From Polyangiaceae bacterium (GTDB lineage: Bacteria; Myxococcota_A; Polyangia; Polyangiales; Polyangiaceae), in NCBI GenBank assembly GCA_035318465.1, contig DATHES010000045.1, positions 53,214-117,213 of the forward strand: 64,000 nt of DNA. The letters run 5' to 3'. A model generated the notes under the pieces. The model was not told the DNA's origin. It worked only from the letters and a program-made list of their open reading frames with translations, and did no database searches. A program made the position numbers and the translations under genes. Shown here piece by piece: positions 54,607 to 62,950 of this stretch (its first letter is position 1; every line of letters starts with the position of its first letter).

Positions 54607-56133
54607 CTACGCGGAGCGCGTCAAACCCGGCGAATGTCGCCTTCGGCGGCGCGCGAGAACGCACGCCAGCGCGGCCCACCCGAGGGCGCGCTCTCCGCGA
54701 TCGGACCGCGGGCTCGCCAAGCGACAGCCGCACCCTGCATCGTCCTCGCCCGGCGGGGCGAGCCCCGATCCGCTGGCGTCGCGCGTACTTGCGTCGCCGG
54801 ATGGATCGCCGGCATCGCGGCTCACGGCGGCGTCGGGCGTCATGCCACTTCCGGCGTCCTTGCCGGGGGCATCGAGCGTGTTCCCACCGCCACCGCCTGC
54901 GTCCACGTCAGGACGAACGGTGCCTGCATCGCCCCCTGCCCCGTCAGTGGAAGCATCCGTCGGGGCGCCCCCTGTCACGGTAATTCGGTTCTGCAGCTGG
55001 TTGTCCGGTGGGCCGCCCTGCCCCGGATCGCTGAACCACGCGACCCCGTCCTCGACGACGTTGAAGTATTCTGCATAAACCCCAGAGGCAGCGGGCGCCT
55101 GGAGCGTGAATTGAAAACGGTACGTTGCGCCCGGAGGGACGGTGCCTTGCACGGCGGCTAGCCGGGTGGGATCGAGCCAGTCCGAGGCAGCAAACATGCT
55201 CGGACGATCGCGGGGATTGCTGGTGGCCAAGCGGGTATTCGAATCCCACGTTTTGGTTCCGATGTTCTTGAGCTCGATATAGGCGGAGACCTTCGCATTG
55301 CCCGTCATGGTCATGCCGGCGCTGGCCAAGGGGAACGATTGCGCAACGTACTCTGCCGCATAGAACGGCGCGCTGGTGCCCGTGATCTTCTTCAGGTCGT
55401 CCAGCGATCCGTTGAACCTGTCGAGATCGACATCGCCGGCGATGCCGGACACCGTCCCGGTGCTGCTGTATTGCCATATCGACCAGTTCGACCAGGCATC
55501 CGGAAGATCGGGACAGGTGACACCATAGTTGGCCACCCATAGCCGATCGGCGCTGAAGTCCCTGCTCGCGACATTGTCGTTCCAGAAGTACTTCGCCGTA
55601 TAGATGAAGGGGCGTTTTCCGGTGCCCGTCGTCACCCGGTCCATCCAGGTTTTCATCTTGCTGGCGATGTTGGCGGATGATTGGCCGCCCGTCGCTTCCA
55701 TGTCGAGCTGAACCGGGAGATCGCCTGCGCCCAGCATGCCCACGCGCTGCACGACCATGTCCGCCTGGGCCAGCGCATCCTGCCCGGGTTCGAAGTACTG
55801 GTACGCACCGCGGATGAGTCCTACCGATTTGATGCCCGCCCAGTTGTCGGCAAACTCGCTGTCCGGAAAGTTCAATCCATCGCTGATGCGCGTCACCGCG
55901 AACTGGATTCCGGAGGCCTTCACCTGTTGCCAATTGATCGTCTTTTGGTAATAGGAGACGTCGATGCCTTCGACCGTCGTCGTTGCGGGGCAGACGCGCA
56001 CCTCGTCGGACGATTCGCCGGTGGCGTCGTAGGGAGAGCCCGAGCAGCCGACCATCGGCAAAAGGGCAGCGGCGACGGCGAATGCCGCGCGCACATCCAC
56101 ACCATCACCATTGCGCCGCAACCACCTCGCCAT
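54607..56133 (-). CDS. GH25 muramidase (lysozyme) with beta-sandwich domain and MYXO-CTERM tail
   Basis: Signal ...AALLPMVGC. GIDVSYYQ..INW..VKASGIQFAVTRIS.G and LPVQLDME are GH25 motifs. The NBR1-like domain carries a D/G/A-rich linker. The terminus reads DDAGCGCRLA...LACVLARRRRR. Confidence 0.85.
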   Translation of the reverse strand: MARWLRRNGDGVDVRAAFAVAAALLPMVGCSGSPYDATGESSDEVRVCPATTTVEGIDVSYYQKTINWQQVKASGIQFAVTRISDGLNFPDSEFADNWAGIKSVGLIRGAYQYFEPGQDALAQADMVVQRVGMLGAGDLPVQLDMEATGGQSSANIASKMKTWMDRVTTGTGKRPFIYTAKYFWNDNVASRDFSADRLWVANYGVTCPDLPDAWSNWSIWQYSSTGTVSGIAGDVDLDRFNGSLDDLKKITGTSAPFYAAEYVAQSFPLASAGMTMTGNAKVSAYIELKNIGTKTWDSNTRLATSNPRDRPSMFAASDWLDPTRLAAVQGTVPPGATYRFQFTLQAPAASGVYAEYFNVVEDGVAWFSDPGQGGPPDNQLQNRITVTGGAPTDASTDGAGGDAGTVRPDVDAGGGGGNTLDAPGKDAGSGMTPDAAVSRDAGDPSGDASTRDASGSGLAPPGEDDAGCGCRLASPRSDRGERALGWAALACVLARRRRRHSPGLTRSA

Positions 56134-56182
56134 GACGTCGTGACGATTAGCGCACGAGCCAAGAGCCGTGGTCAAGGCAGAT

Positions 56183-57235
56183 TCAAGTTCGGGATCGCGC
56201 CACCACCATCATGAAATCCGGTAAGAGCGGCAAGAACGGGACCGAGGGAAGGCCGAGCATCGCGCTGAGGGTCAGGTAGGCGAGCTTGTTCGAACCGAAG
56301 TAGTGAAAGCCCATGGCCTGCAAAAGGCTGTAACCCATCGACATCAAAAGCCCGTAGCGCTTGATCCGCAGCACCTCGAATCCACAATCTTCCAGCATCA
56401 GCGTCAGCGTGTGCGGCGAGAAGAAACTGATGTGGCGCGGGGCATCGAGCTGCCACCATTGATCGCCGAACCACCGACCCGGCGGGCCCGTGATATCGGG
56501 CACCTCGATGGCCAGGTAGCCGCCTGGCTTGACGACGCGACGCGCCTCTTCGATCACCCGCCTCGGCCGGGACTCGTGCTCGAGGTACTCGGTCATGGCG
56601 ACCATGTCGAAGCTGGCCGCGGGGCACGCTGCCTCGGCGAGGGTGCCGTGCACCACCGCGATTCCGAGCTCGTGGTGCACCCGCTCGAGCACCGCGCGGT
56701 TCACGTCGATGCCGGTGCACCGGCAGTGACGCACCCGCTTTAGCCGCGCCATGAACTCCCCGCGGCCGCAGCCCACGTCGAGGACCCGCGTGCCTGTCGC
56801 AAGCCGTCCCGTGACGGCTTCGATCTGGCGTACGCGCCGGCGCGCTTGGTCTTGCTGCAAGCGATTGAAGGCCCAGCGAAGGAGCCAGTGCTCGTCTTCG
56901 AGGTTCGTATAACAGAGGTAGTCGTCGGGATAATGACGCGCCAGCGCCGTCATCGTGGGCCGCGGATTGAGATACCGCATCGAACAGTCTTCACATTCGA
57001 CCAGGCGATACTTCCCCGGCTGATGGAACATGGTATCGCCGACTTCGAAAACGAGGCGCTCCGCGTCCGAGCCGCACAGCGGGCATCGCGTACGCTCCTG
57101 CTCTTCGGAATGCGCCGGGGAGTAGAACACCTCCTCACCGGCCGGCGGCTCGTGCAGCGGCGTTGGCACCGGCATCGGCTCTTGCGTCTCCACGGCTGCG
57201 GCCGAAGAAATGCCGGATTGCAGGGATGGCGCCAT
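56183..57235 (-). CDS. class I SAM-dependent methyltransferase with N-terminal Zn-ribbon
   Basis: CPLCGS...CEDCSMRYLNP precedes motif I VLDVGCGRGEF and post-I/II regions (FDMVAMTEYLEH, VKPGGYLAIEVP). Confidence 0.85.
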   Translation of the reverse strand: MAPSLQSGISSAAAVETQEPMPVPTPLHEPPAGEEVFYSPAHSEEQERTRCPLCGSDAERLVFEVGDTMFHQPGKYRLVECEDCSMRYLNPRPTMTALARHYPDDYLCYTNLEDEHWLLRWAFNRLQQDQARRRVRQIEAVTGRLATGTRVLDVGCGRGEFMARLKRVRHCRCTGIDVNRAVLERVHHELGIAVVHGTLAEAACPAASFDMVAMTEYLEHESRPRRVIEEARRVVKPGGYLAIEVPDITGPPGRWFGDQWWQLDAPRHISFFSPHTLTLMLEDCGFEVLRIKRYGLLMSMGYSLLQAMGFHYFGSNKLAYLTLSAMLGLPSVPFLPLLPDFMMVVARSRT

Positions 57236-57257
57236 GGAGCCGTATCCTCCGATCTCG

Positions 57258-58811
57258 CTACTTGGCTTCCTGAAAGTCGCCGATGGCCGGCACGTTCGCC
57301 TTCAGCGTCGCAAATTGTGCGCTTCTGTCCTTGCACATCAGCGCTTCCTCGAGCGCGGCGGTGCTCGCGTAGTCGACGGCTCGGATGCCGGCGGCCATGT
57401 CGATCGTGCCGCAATCGAAGAGCGCGGGAAGGCCGATGATGACCGCCGAGTTGATGCCGCATACACCGTCGGCCTGCGCCTCTTCGATGGCGTTGCGACC
57501 GACAGCGTTCTTCTGACAGAGATCGGTCATCACGAGATGGCCCCCCCCCGTGACGCCCACGAGGCGCTTGGTGACGCCGGGCGGCCCGGGGGACGCCTGG
57601 TAGGCCCCGGTATCGGACGACGAAAACAAGGGGCAGACGACGTTCCCGATGAGAGGTGCGTTGTAGCCAATCACCTTGTCGTCAATCCCGCCGATGTACA
57701 TCAGCGAACGGAGCGAAGGGGCGGCCGCCACGGGCGCGCTACCGGCCATGGGGACGACGATTCGGACATTGGCGTTGGTGCTGAGGGTGGCCGTGATGCA
57801 GGCGCCCTGGCTGTGTCCGGAGAGCCCGAGTCGCGTCATGTCAATGTGGCCCGCCAGGAACGCGAGCTCGCCGGACGCGGTCGTCAGGGCCTCGGTCTGC
57901 TTGGCGATGTCGCCGGGAACGTCTTGAGGCCCCGTGGTGGGCAGAAGGCACTCCAGCGTCGGCGCCAGGGTGTCGGCCAAGAACATTCCCGGGTAGTCCG
58001 CGGCCACCACGACGAACCCTCGGCTGGCCCACTGGGTCATGGTGCTGCCGGACGCGATGCGGAACGAAGCCGTGCCGTGCACGAAGATGACGACCGGATA
58101 GGGACCGTGCCCCGCGTCGAGAGGCAAATCGCGAAACAGTTTGCCGCCGATGGGCTTCACGGCGGGCGAGTTCGCATCGGGCACTTTGCTTCGCTCCCGC
58201 TCGGGAAGCCACGCGCGGACGTCGTAGGTCGCCTCGGCCTTGCCTTGTTCACTGCCCGGCTCGGCGGGATAGAGGACCTCCGTCGTGAGCCTTCCGATGG
58301 TCACGGTTCGTACCCCGACTACCCAGGGACCGCGCACCGACGGATCGTCGGGGACCGGAAGAAGGCTCATCGCTGCGCAGCCGACTCCGACCGCGTCGCC
58401 ACGATCCGACGTCCCGTCCGCGGGATCGCTGCCGTCGGAGATTCGGTCGGCGGCATCGGCCGGCGGCGGCGCGCCCGTCTCGCGCGCGTCGTCGCCACCC
58501 GCTTCGCCCGTCGAAGGCATGTCGGCAGCGGCGTCGTGCGCATCGGGCCGCGCGGCGTCCACTTCGCCACTGGTTCCGGCCCTGCCGCCGTTGCCACCCG
58601 CAGCACCGCCGTTGCCACCTGGACCGTTGCCACCCGTACCGGCGTTGCCACCCGCAGCACCGCTCTTGCCTGCAGCACCTCCGCGGTTACCGCTCGCACC
58701 GCCGCTGCCGCCCGTCGAGCCGTCGTCACCGCCGTCCGTTGGCGGTGCGTCCGGCGGATTGGTTGAACAAGCCGCACAGACGATGCATGCGACGATGGCT
58801 TTTCTCATCAT
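57258..58811 (-). CDS. alpha/beta hydrolase lipoprotein (chlorophyllase/PAF-acetylhydrolase/dienelactone hydrolase-like esterase)
   Basis: Signal MMRKAIVACIVCAAC and a G/A/N/S/D-rich linker. YPVVIFVHG... and the nucleophile elbow GLSGHSQGA are present. Only the C-terminal 517 aa of the 1018-aa track ORF are coding. Confidence 0.8.
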   Translation of the reverse strand: MMRKAIVACIVCAACSTNPPDAPPTDGGDDGSTGGSGGASGNRGGAAGKSGAAGGNAGTGGNGPGGNGGAAGGNGGRAGTSGEVDAARPDAHDAAADMPSTGEAGGDDARETGAPPPADAADRISDGSDPADGTSDRGDAVGVGCAAMSLLPVPDDPSVRGPWVVGVRTVTIGRLTTEVLYPAEPGSEQGKAEATYDVRAWLPERERSKVPDANSPAVKPIGGKLFRDLPLDAGHGPYPVVIFVHGTASFRIASGSTMTQWASRGFVVVAADYPGMFLADTLAPTLECLLPTTGPQDVPGDIAKQTEALTTASGELAFLAGHIDMTRLGLSGHSQGACITATLSTNANVRIVVPMAGSAPVAAAPSLRSLMYIGGIDDKVIGYNAPLIGNVVCPLFSSSDTGAYQASPGPPGVTKRLVGVTGGGHLVMTDLCQKNAVGRNAIEEAQADGVCGINSAVIIGLPALFDCGTIDMAAGIRAVDYASTAALEEALMCKDRSAQFATLKANVPAIGDFQEAK

Positions 58812-59021
58812 GAAGGGGCCCGGTGCGGTTTCGGCGCGCGACTCTGGCTCCTGATCCATAGGATGAGACCGCGGACCAGCGCATTGGCTTCGGCGCTCAT
58901 TGCGATGTCCGCTGCGCTCACGCGAGCGGGGCGATAGAGCGGTTCGCGCGCCGAGCCCTTCGGCAGCGTGCATGCAAATAGTCCTTGCTGAAGTGGACGA
59001 ATTGCTCATACTTTCGCCTGC

Positions 59022-60443
59022 GTGAAGTGGTCTGACAACTTGTTCGTCCCTGGGATAGCTCTCGCCCTGCTCGGCGTGGGCGGTTGCAGCGAAGAGACCC
59101 CGCCCCCTGCAGGACAGGGAGGCAGTGGGGGCAGCGGCGGAAGCGCGACGGCTGGCAGCGGCGGCAATGCCGGCAGCTCGACGGCTGGCAGCGGCGGCAA
59201 TGCCGGCTCGACGGCCGGCAGTAGCGGAAACGCCGGCAGCGGAGGAAACGGCGGTGGCGCTGCGGACGGAGGTCCGCGTGACGCGGCCGGACCGCTGCCC
59301 GACGCTGGAAGCATTGGCCCCCTCGACGGCACGGCCACGCGCCCACAGCTCACGGCCGAACAGGCCGCCGCGCACACTATCCTCAAATACCTGGAGCGAG
59401 CAGGCCCCGTCACTGCCCTCGTGACCGACAACTGGGATCCGACCGCCGGCGTCGGGGACGTCGGCACCTTCACACCTCAATACACGGTCGCCGCCAGTGG
59501 AGGCACGCACACCACCGTGCAGGCGGCGGTGGATGCCGCCGTTGCCGCGGGTGGCGCGAACCGCTTTTACATCGCGGTCACGGCGGGCACGTACCGGGAA
59601 ATGGTTTGCGTTCCTTCGGCGGCGCCCCCCATCACGCTCTACAGCACGAACCCCGATGCGGCCGCGACGGTCATCGTGAACGACGCCTACAGCGGCAAGC
59701 CCAAGGCCAACGGGGAAAGCGCCAATCCCTGCAACGCCAATCTGACCGGCACGACCTACGGAACCAGTGGCAGCGCGACCTTTGCAGCGTACGGGAAGGA
59801 TTTCGAGGCGAAGAACCTCACGTTCTCCAACGACACCGACGAACGCACGGTGACGACCGGCGCTCAGGCCGTCGCGTTGATGACCCAGGGCGACAAGCTC
59901 GTCTTCGACAACGTGCGCGTGCTCGGCAACCAGGACACGCTTTACGTCAAGACGCCCGGTACGGGCGTGGTGACGCGCGCGTATTTCAAGAACTGCTACG
60001 TCGAAGGCGACGTGGACTTCGTCTTTGGTCGGGGCACCTTCGTGCTCGACGGCTGCGAGATCAAGTACCTCACCAGCCGCGTGGCAGCGGGCAGCGGCAA
60101 TGTGATCGCACCGAGCACCGACGCGCGCAACGGCTACGGCCTCCTCGTCATCCGGAGCCGATTCACGGCCGAGATGGCGCCTGCCGGGACGGCCTACCTC
60201 GGCCGCTCCTGGGACGAAGGAGCGGGAGATCTCGCCGGCTACGCGACCGCCGTGGCGACGGGCACCTACCCCAACGGTCAAGGGCTCATCCGCGACTCGG
60301 TACTCGACGCGCAAGTTCGACCGAACGATCCCTGGCGCGCGGCAGCAACGACGGACCGGCCTTACAGCTCCATGCCCGGGACTTATCCCGCCAATCGACT
60401 CTACGAGTACAACAACACGGGTCCCGGAGCCGCGCCGCCCTAG
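59022..60443 (+). CDS. pectinesterase (pectin methylesterase, CE8) lipoprotein
   Basis: Signal ...GIALALLGVGGC and a GGSGG/AGSGGNAG linker. CE8 motifs present: GAQAVAL, LGNQDTLY, GDVDFVFG and YLGRSW. GTG start. Confidence 0.9.
   Translation: MKWSDNLFVPGIALALLGVGGCSEETPPPAGQGGSGGSGGSATAGSGGNAGSSTAGSGGNAGSTAGSSGNAGSGGNGGGAADGGPRDAAGPLPDAGSIGPLDGTATRPQLTAEQAAAHTILKYLERAGPVTALVTDNWDPTAGVGDVGTFTPQYTVAASGGTHTTVQAAVDAAVAAGGANRFYIAVTAGTYREMVCVPSAAPPITLYSTNPDAAATVIVNDAYSGKPKANGESANPCNANLTGTTYGTSGSATFAAYGKDFEAKNLTFSNDTDERTVTTGAQAVALMTQGDKLVFDNVRVLGNQDTLYVKTPGTGVVTRAYFKNCYVEGDVDFVFGRGTFVLDGCEIKYLTSRVAAGSGNVIAPSTDARNGYGLLVIRSRFTAEMAPAGTAYLGRSWDEGAGDLAGYATAVATGTYPNGQGLIRDSVLDAQVRPNDPWRAAATTDRPYSSMPGTYPANRLYEYNNTGPGAAPP
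59148..59240 (+). repeat. in-frame 30-33 bp tandem repeat (3 units) encoding the (T)AGSGGNAGS linker
   Basis: acggctggcagcggcggcaatgccggc(agc)tcg occurs twice, followed by a diverged third unit. Confidence 0.7.
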
Positions 60444-60466
60444 GGTCGTTGCCGCAAGAGACCGCC

Positions 60467-60540
60467 GAAGGGTTGTTGCTGCTGCAGGGCTTGCGAAGCG
60501 TTATTGCTGCTGCAGGGCCTGCGGAGGGTTGTTGCTGCTG
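60467..60540. repeat. 28-bp tandem repeat, 2.6 units, immediately downstream of the pectinesterase stop
   Basis: gaagggttgttgctgctgcagggcttgc / gaagcgttattgctgctgcagggcctgc / ggagggttgttgctgctg. Confidence 0.8.
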
Positions 60541-60554
60541 TTTCTCCCCCCGAG

Positions 60555-60576
60555 CCCCCCTCACTCCTGAGGGGGG
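60555..60576 (+). terminator. G/C hairpin (9-bp perfect stem, 4-nt loop), no T tract
   Basis: cccccctca-ctcc-tgagggggg. Confidence 0.4.
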
Positions 60577-60786
60577 TGCCGACGGCGGGAGCCCGCGGCG
60601 GGGGGAGAACCAGCGACCGAAGCGCATCCGGTGGAGAGACCGGGGCCGCTCCAGCAACCTGTTTGTGATCGAAATGGCCCGCCATTCGCATCCTTGGTGA
60701 TGCCGAGGTCTGCACGACGTCCCCGATCGAGTGGTCTGACCACTCCTGTCCGTCGGGAGACGAAAAAAGCCAGGAGCGAAGAAAAG

Positions 60787-62907
60787 ATGGCCTCTCCGAG
60801 CTCATCGCTGGGTAGGTTCGCGTCGGTAGCGGGGATTTTGGCCTTCGTTGTCGGAGCGGGGAGCAGTTGCAGCGCGCCGCCCGCTGTCCGCGCGACGCCC
60901 GACGCGAGCACGCCGACCAATATTCCGCCCATCGCGCCGCCTCCTCCTCCGCCGGGGGCCGCAGATGCCTCGGGCGGCGGGATCATCATCAAGATGGACG
61001 CGCCGTCGAGTGACGGTCCTTGCACACCGGCTCAGTGCGATCCCCCCGGCGGCCGCTATTGTGGCGTCGTTGGCGACAACTGCGGCGGCAGGCTCGACTG
61101 CCTGACCTGTCCGGGGGACTGGTCGTGCGAGAAGAACGTTTGCGTGGGCGGGCCGAGCTGCCAACCGGTGGCGTGCACGGTTCCAGGCGCGCGTTACTGC
61201 GGCAAGGTCGGAGATGGCTGCGGCAGAGAGCTCGACTGCGGCGACTGCCCGGCGGGGGACACGTGCACCGATCGCGTGTGCGTTCCGCCCGGCTGCATCC
61301 CGCTCAAGTGCGACTTCGCGGGCGGCAGATTTTGCGGGAAAATGGGCAACGGTTGCGGCGGCACGCTCGAATGCGGCGACTGCGCCGCTCCCAATACGTG
61401 CGGCGGCGGAGGGCTCTCGAACATCTGCGGAGGCGATCCCAGCTGCGTCAAAGTGAGCTGCGCTCCCGCCACCGGCGGCAGGTACTGCGACAAGATCGGC
61501 GACGGCTGCGGCGGTGCGCAGGAGTGCGGACCGTGTCCGGACGGCAAGGCCTGCGGCAGCGGCAATGTGCCCAACGTCTGCCCGGGCAACGCCCCGACGA
61601 CGTGCTCAGGGCTCGCGTGCAAGGTCGCGGCGTGCGACGGCGGCATGAAAACGTCGGTGAGCGGCACCGTCTACGATCCCGCCGGCGCCAATCCGCTTTA
61701 CAACGTCATCGTCTACATTCCCAACGCGGCGCTCGATCCCGTTCCGGAGGGCGCGTCGTGCGACGGCTGCAACGGCACGCTGTCCGGAAAACCCATCACC
61801 ACCGCGCTGACGGATACCAGCGGGCATTTCACCCTGGTGGGAGCGCCGACGGGAACCGACATTCCCCTCGTCATCCAAATCGGCAAATGGCGCCGCGAGA
61901 TCACGATACCGAACGTCGCTTCGTGCGTCGATAACCCCATCGCCGACAAGAACCTCACCCGACTGCCGCGCGACAGCTCCGAAGGGCACATCCCCAAGAT
62001 GGCCATCGCGACGGGCGGCTCTGACGCCCTCGAGTGCCTGGTCCGCAAGATCGGGATCGCCGACGCCGAGTTCACCAACGGAGGGGGGACGGGAAGAGTG
62101 AACCTCTTCTCCGGATACGCCGCACCGACGACGATGGCCAACGGGACCGCCCTCGCCACGGCCAACAGCCTGTGGAGCGACGCCGCAAAGCTGAAAAGCT
62201 ACGACATGATGATCATGTCGTGCGAAGGCAGCGACAACGTCAGCCGCACGACGGCGCAATACGCCAACGTGCACGCTTACGCCGACATGGGCGGGCGCAT
62301 CTTCGGATCGCACTGGCACAACGGCTGGATCAACCCCGAGAACACGCCGTTTCCGATGGTGGTGAAGTTCTCGTCGGGCGCGCACGGCTTCACCACGCCC
62401 ATCACGGGGACCATCGACACCACCTTTCCGAAGGGGATGGCGTTTGCCGATTGGCTCGTCAAGGTGGGCGCGTCCACCACGCCGCAGATGATCGAGATTC
62501 GCGGGGCCGAGCACACCGTCGACTCGGTCATGCCGGGGCTGGCCCAGCGCTGGATCTACGGCACCGATACCGAGAAAAACACGCCGATGGTCCAGTATTT
62601 CTCGTTCAACGCGCCCGTCGGCGGCCAGGCGTGTGGCCGGATGGTGTTCAGCGACGTGCACGTCTCGGCGGGCGCGGGTACGGATTCCGGCAAGGTTCCT
62701 TTTCCGACGGGTTGCACGACGACGACCCTGTCGCCCCAGGAAAAGGCGCTCGAGTTCATGATCTTCGATCTCTCGTCGTGCGTGCAGCCCGACTCGGATC
62801 CCGTGAAGCCCCCTCCGCCTATACCCGGGACGCCACCGCCCCCGGTCTCCGTGCCGCCACCGCCCCCGCCGGTGCCGCCACCGCCTCCCCTGCCCCCACC
62901 CAAGTAA
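60787..62907 (+). CDS. secreted lipoprotein: four 8-Cys modules, CarboxypepD_reg-like beta-sandwich, large uncharacterised domain and poly-Pro tail
   Basis: Signal MASPSSSLGRFASVAGILAFVVGAGSSC. The module C..(x)C....GGRYCG.(V/I)GDGCGG.L(D/E)CG.CP.G..C....VC occurs four times. VSGTVYDPAG.NPLYNVIVYIPN...TDTSGHFTL precedes a conserved-looking domain of about 400 aa, ending PPPIPGTPPPPVSVPPPPPPVPPPPPLPPPK. Confidence 0.75.
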   Translation: MASPSSSLGRFASVAGILAFVVGAGSSCSAPPAVRATPDASTPTNIPPIAPPPPPPGAADASGGGIIIKMDAPSSDGPCTPAQCDPPGGRYCGVVGDNCGGRLDCLTCPGDWSCEKNVCVGGPSCQPVACTVPGARYCGKVGDGCGRELDCGDCPAGDTCTDRVCVPPGCIPLKCDFAGGRFCGKMGNGCGGTLECGDCAAPNTCGGGGLSNICGGDPSCVKVSCAPATGGRYCDKIGDGCGGAQECGPCPDGKACGSGNVPNVCPGNAPTTCSGLACKVAACDGGMKTSVSGTVYDPAGANPLYNVIVYIPNAALDPVPEGASCDGCNGTLSGKPITTALTDTSGHFTLVGAPTGTDIPLVIQIGKWRREITIPNVASCVDNPIADKNLTRLPRDSSEGHIPKMAIATGGSDALECLVRKIGIADAEFTNGGGTGRVNLFSGYAAPTTMANGTALATANSLWSDAAKLKSYDMMIMSCEGSDNVSRTTAQYANVHAYADMGGRIFGSHWHNGWINPENTPFPMVVKFSSGAHGFTTPITGTIDTTFPKGMAFADWLVKVGASTTPQMIEIRGAEHTVDSVMPGLAQRWIYGTDTEKNTPMVQYFSFNAPVGGQACGRMVFSDVHVSAGAGTDSGKVPFPTGCTTTTLSPQEKALEFMIFDLSSCVQPDSDPVKPPPPIPGTPPPPVSVPPPPPPVPPPPPLPPPK
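61021..61602 (+). repeat. four tandem coding repeats (about 135-160 bp) for the 8-Cys modules
   Basis: Module boundaries derive from the protein repeats CTPAQC..., CQPVAC..., CIPLKC... and CVKVSC.... Confidence 0.7.
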
Positions 62908-62950
62908 CGGCACACGGTTCCTACGGGACCTTTCGAGACGAACACAACGC

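Noticed and set aside
57258-60314. 1018-aa ORF suggesting a giant protein
   Set aside because: Only the C-terminal 517 aa (from MMRKAIVACIVCAAC at 58811) look like protein. The upstream part is antisense to the pectinesterase gene, which has all the CE8 motifs.
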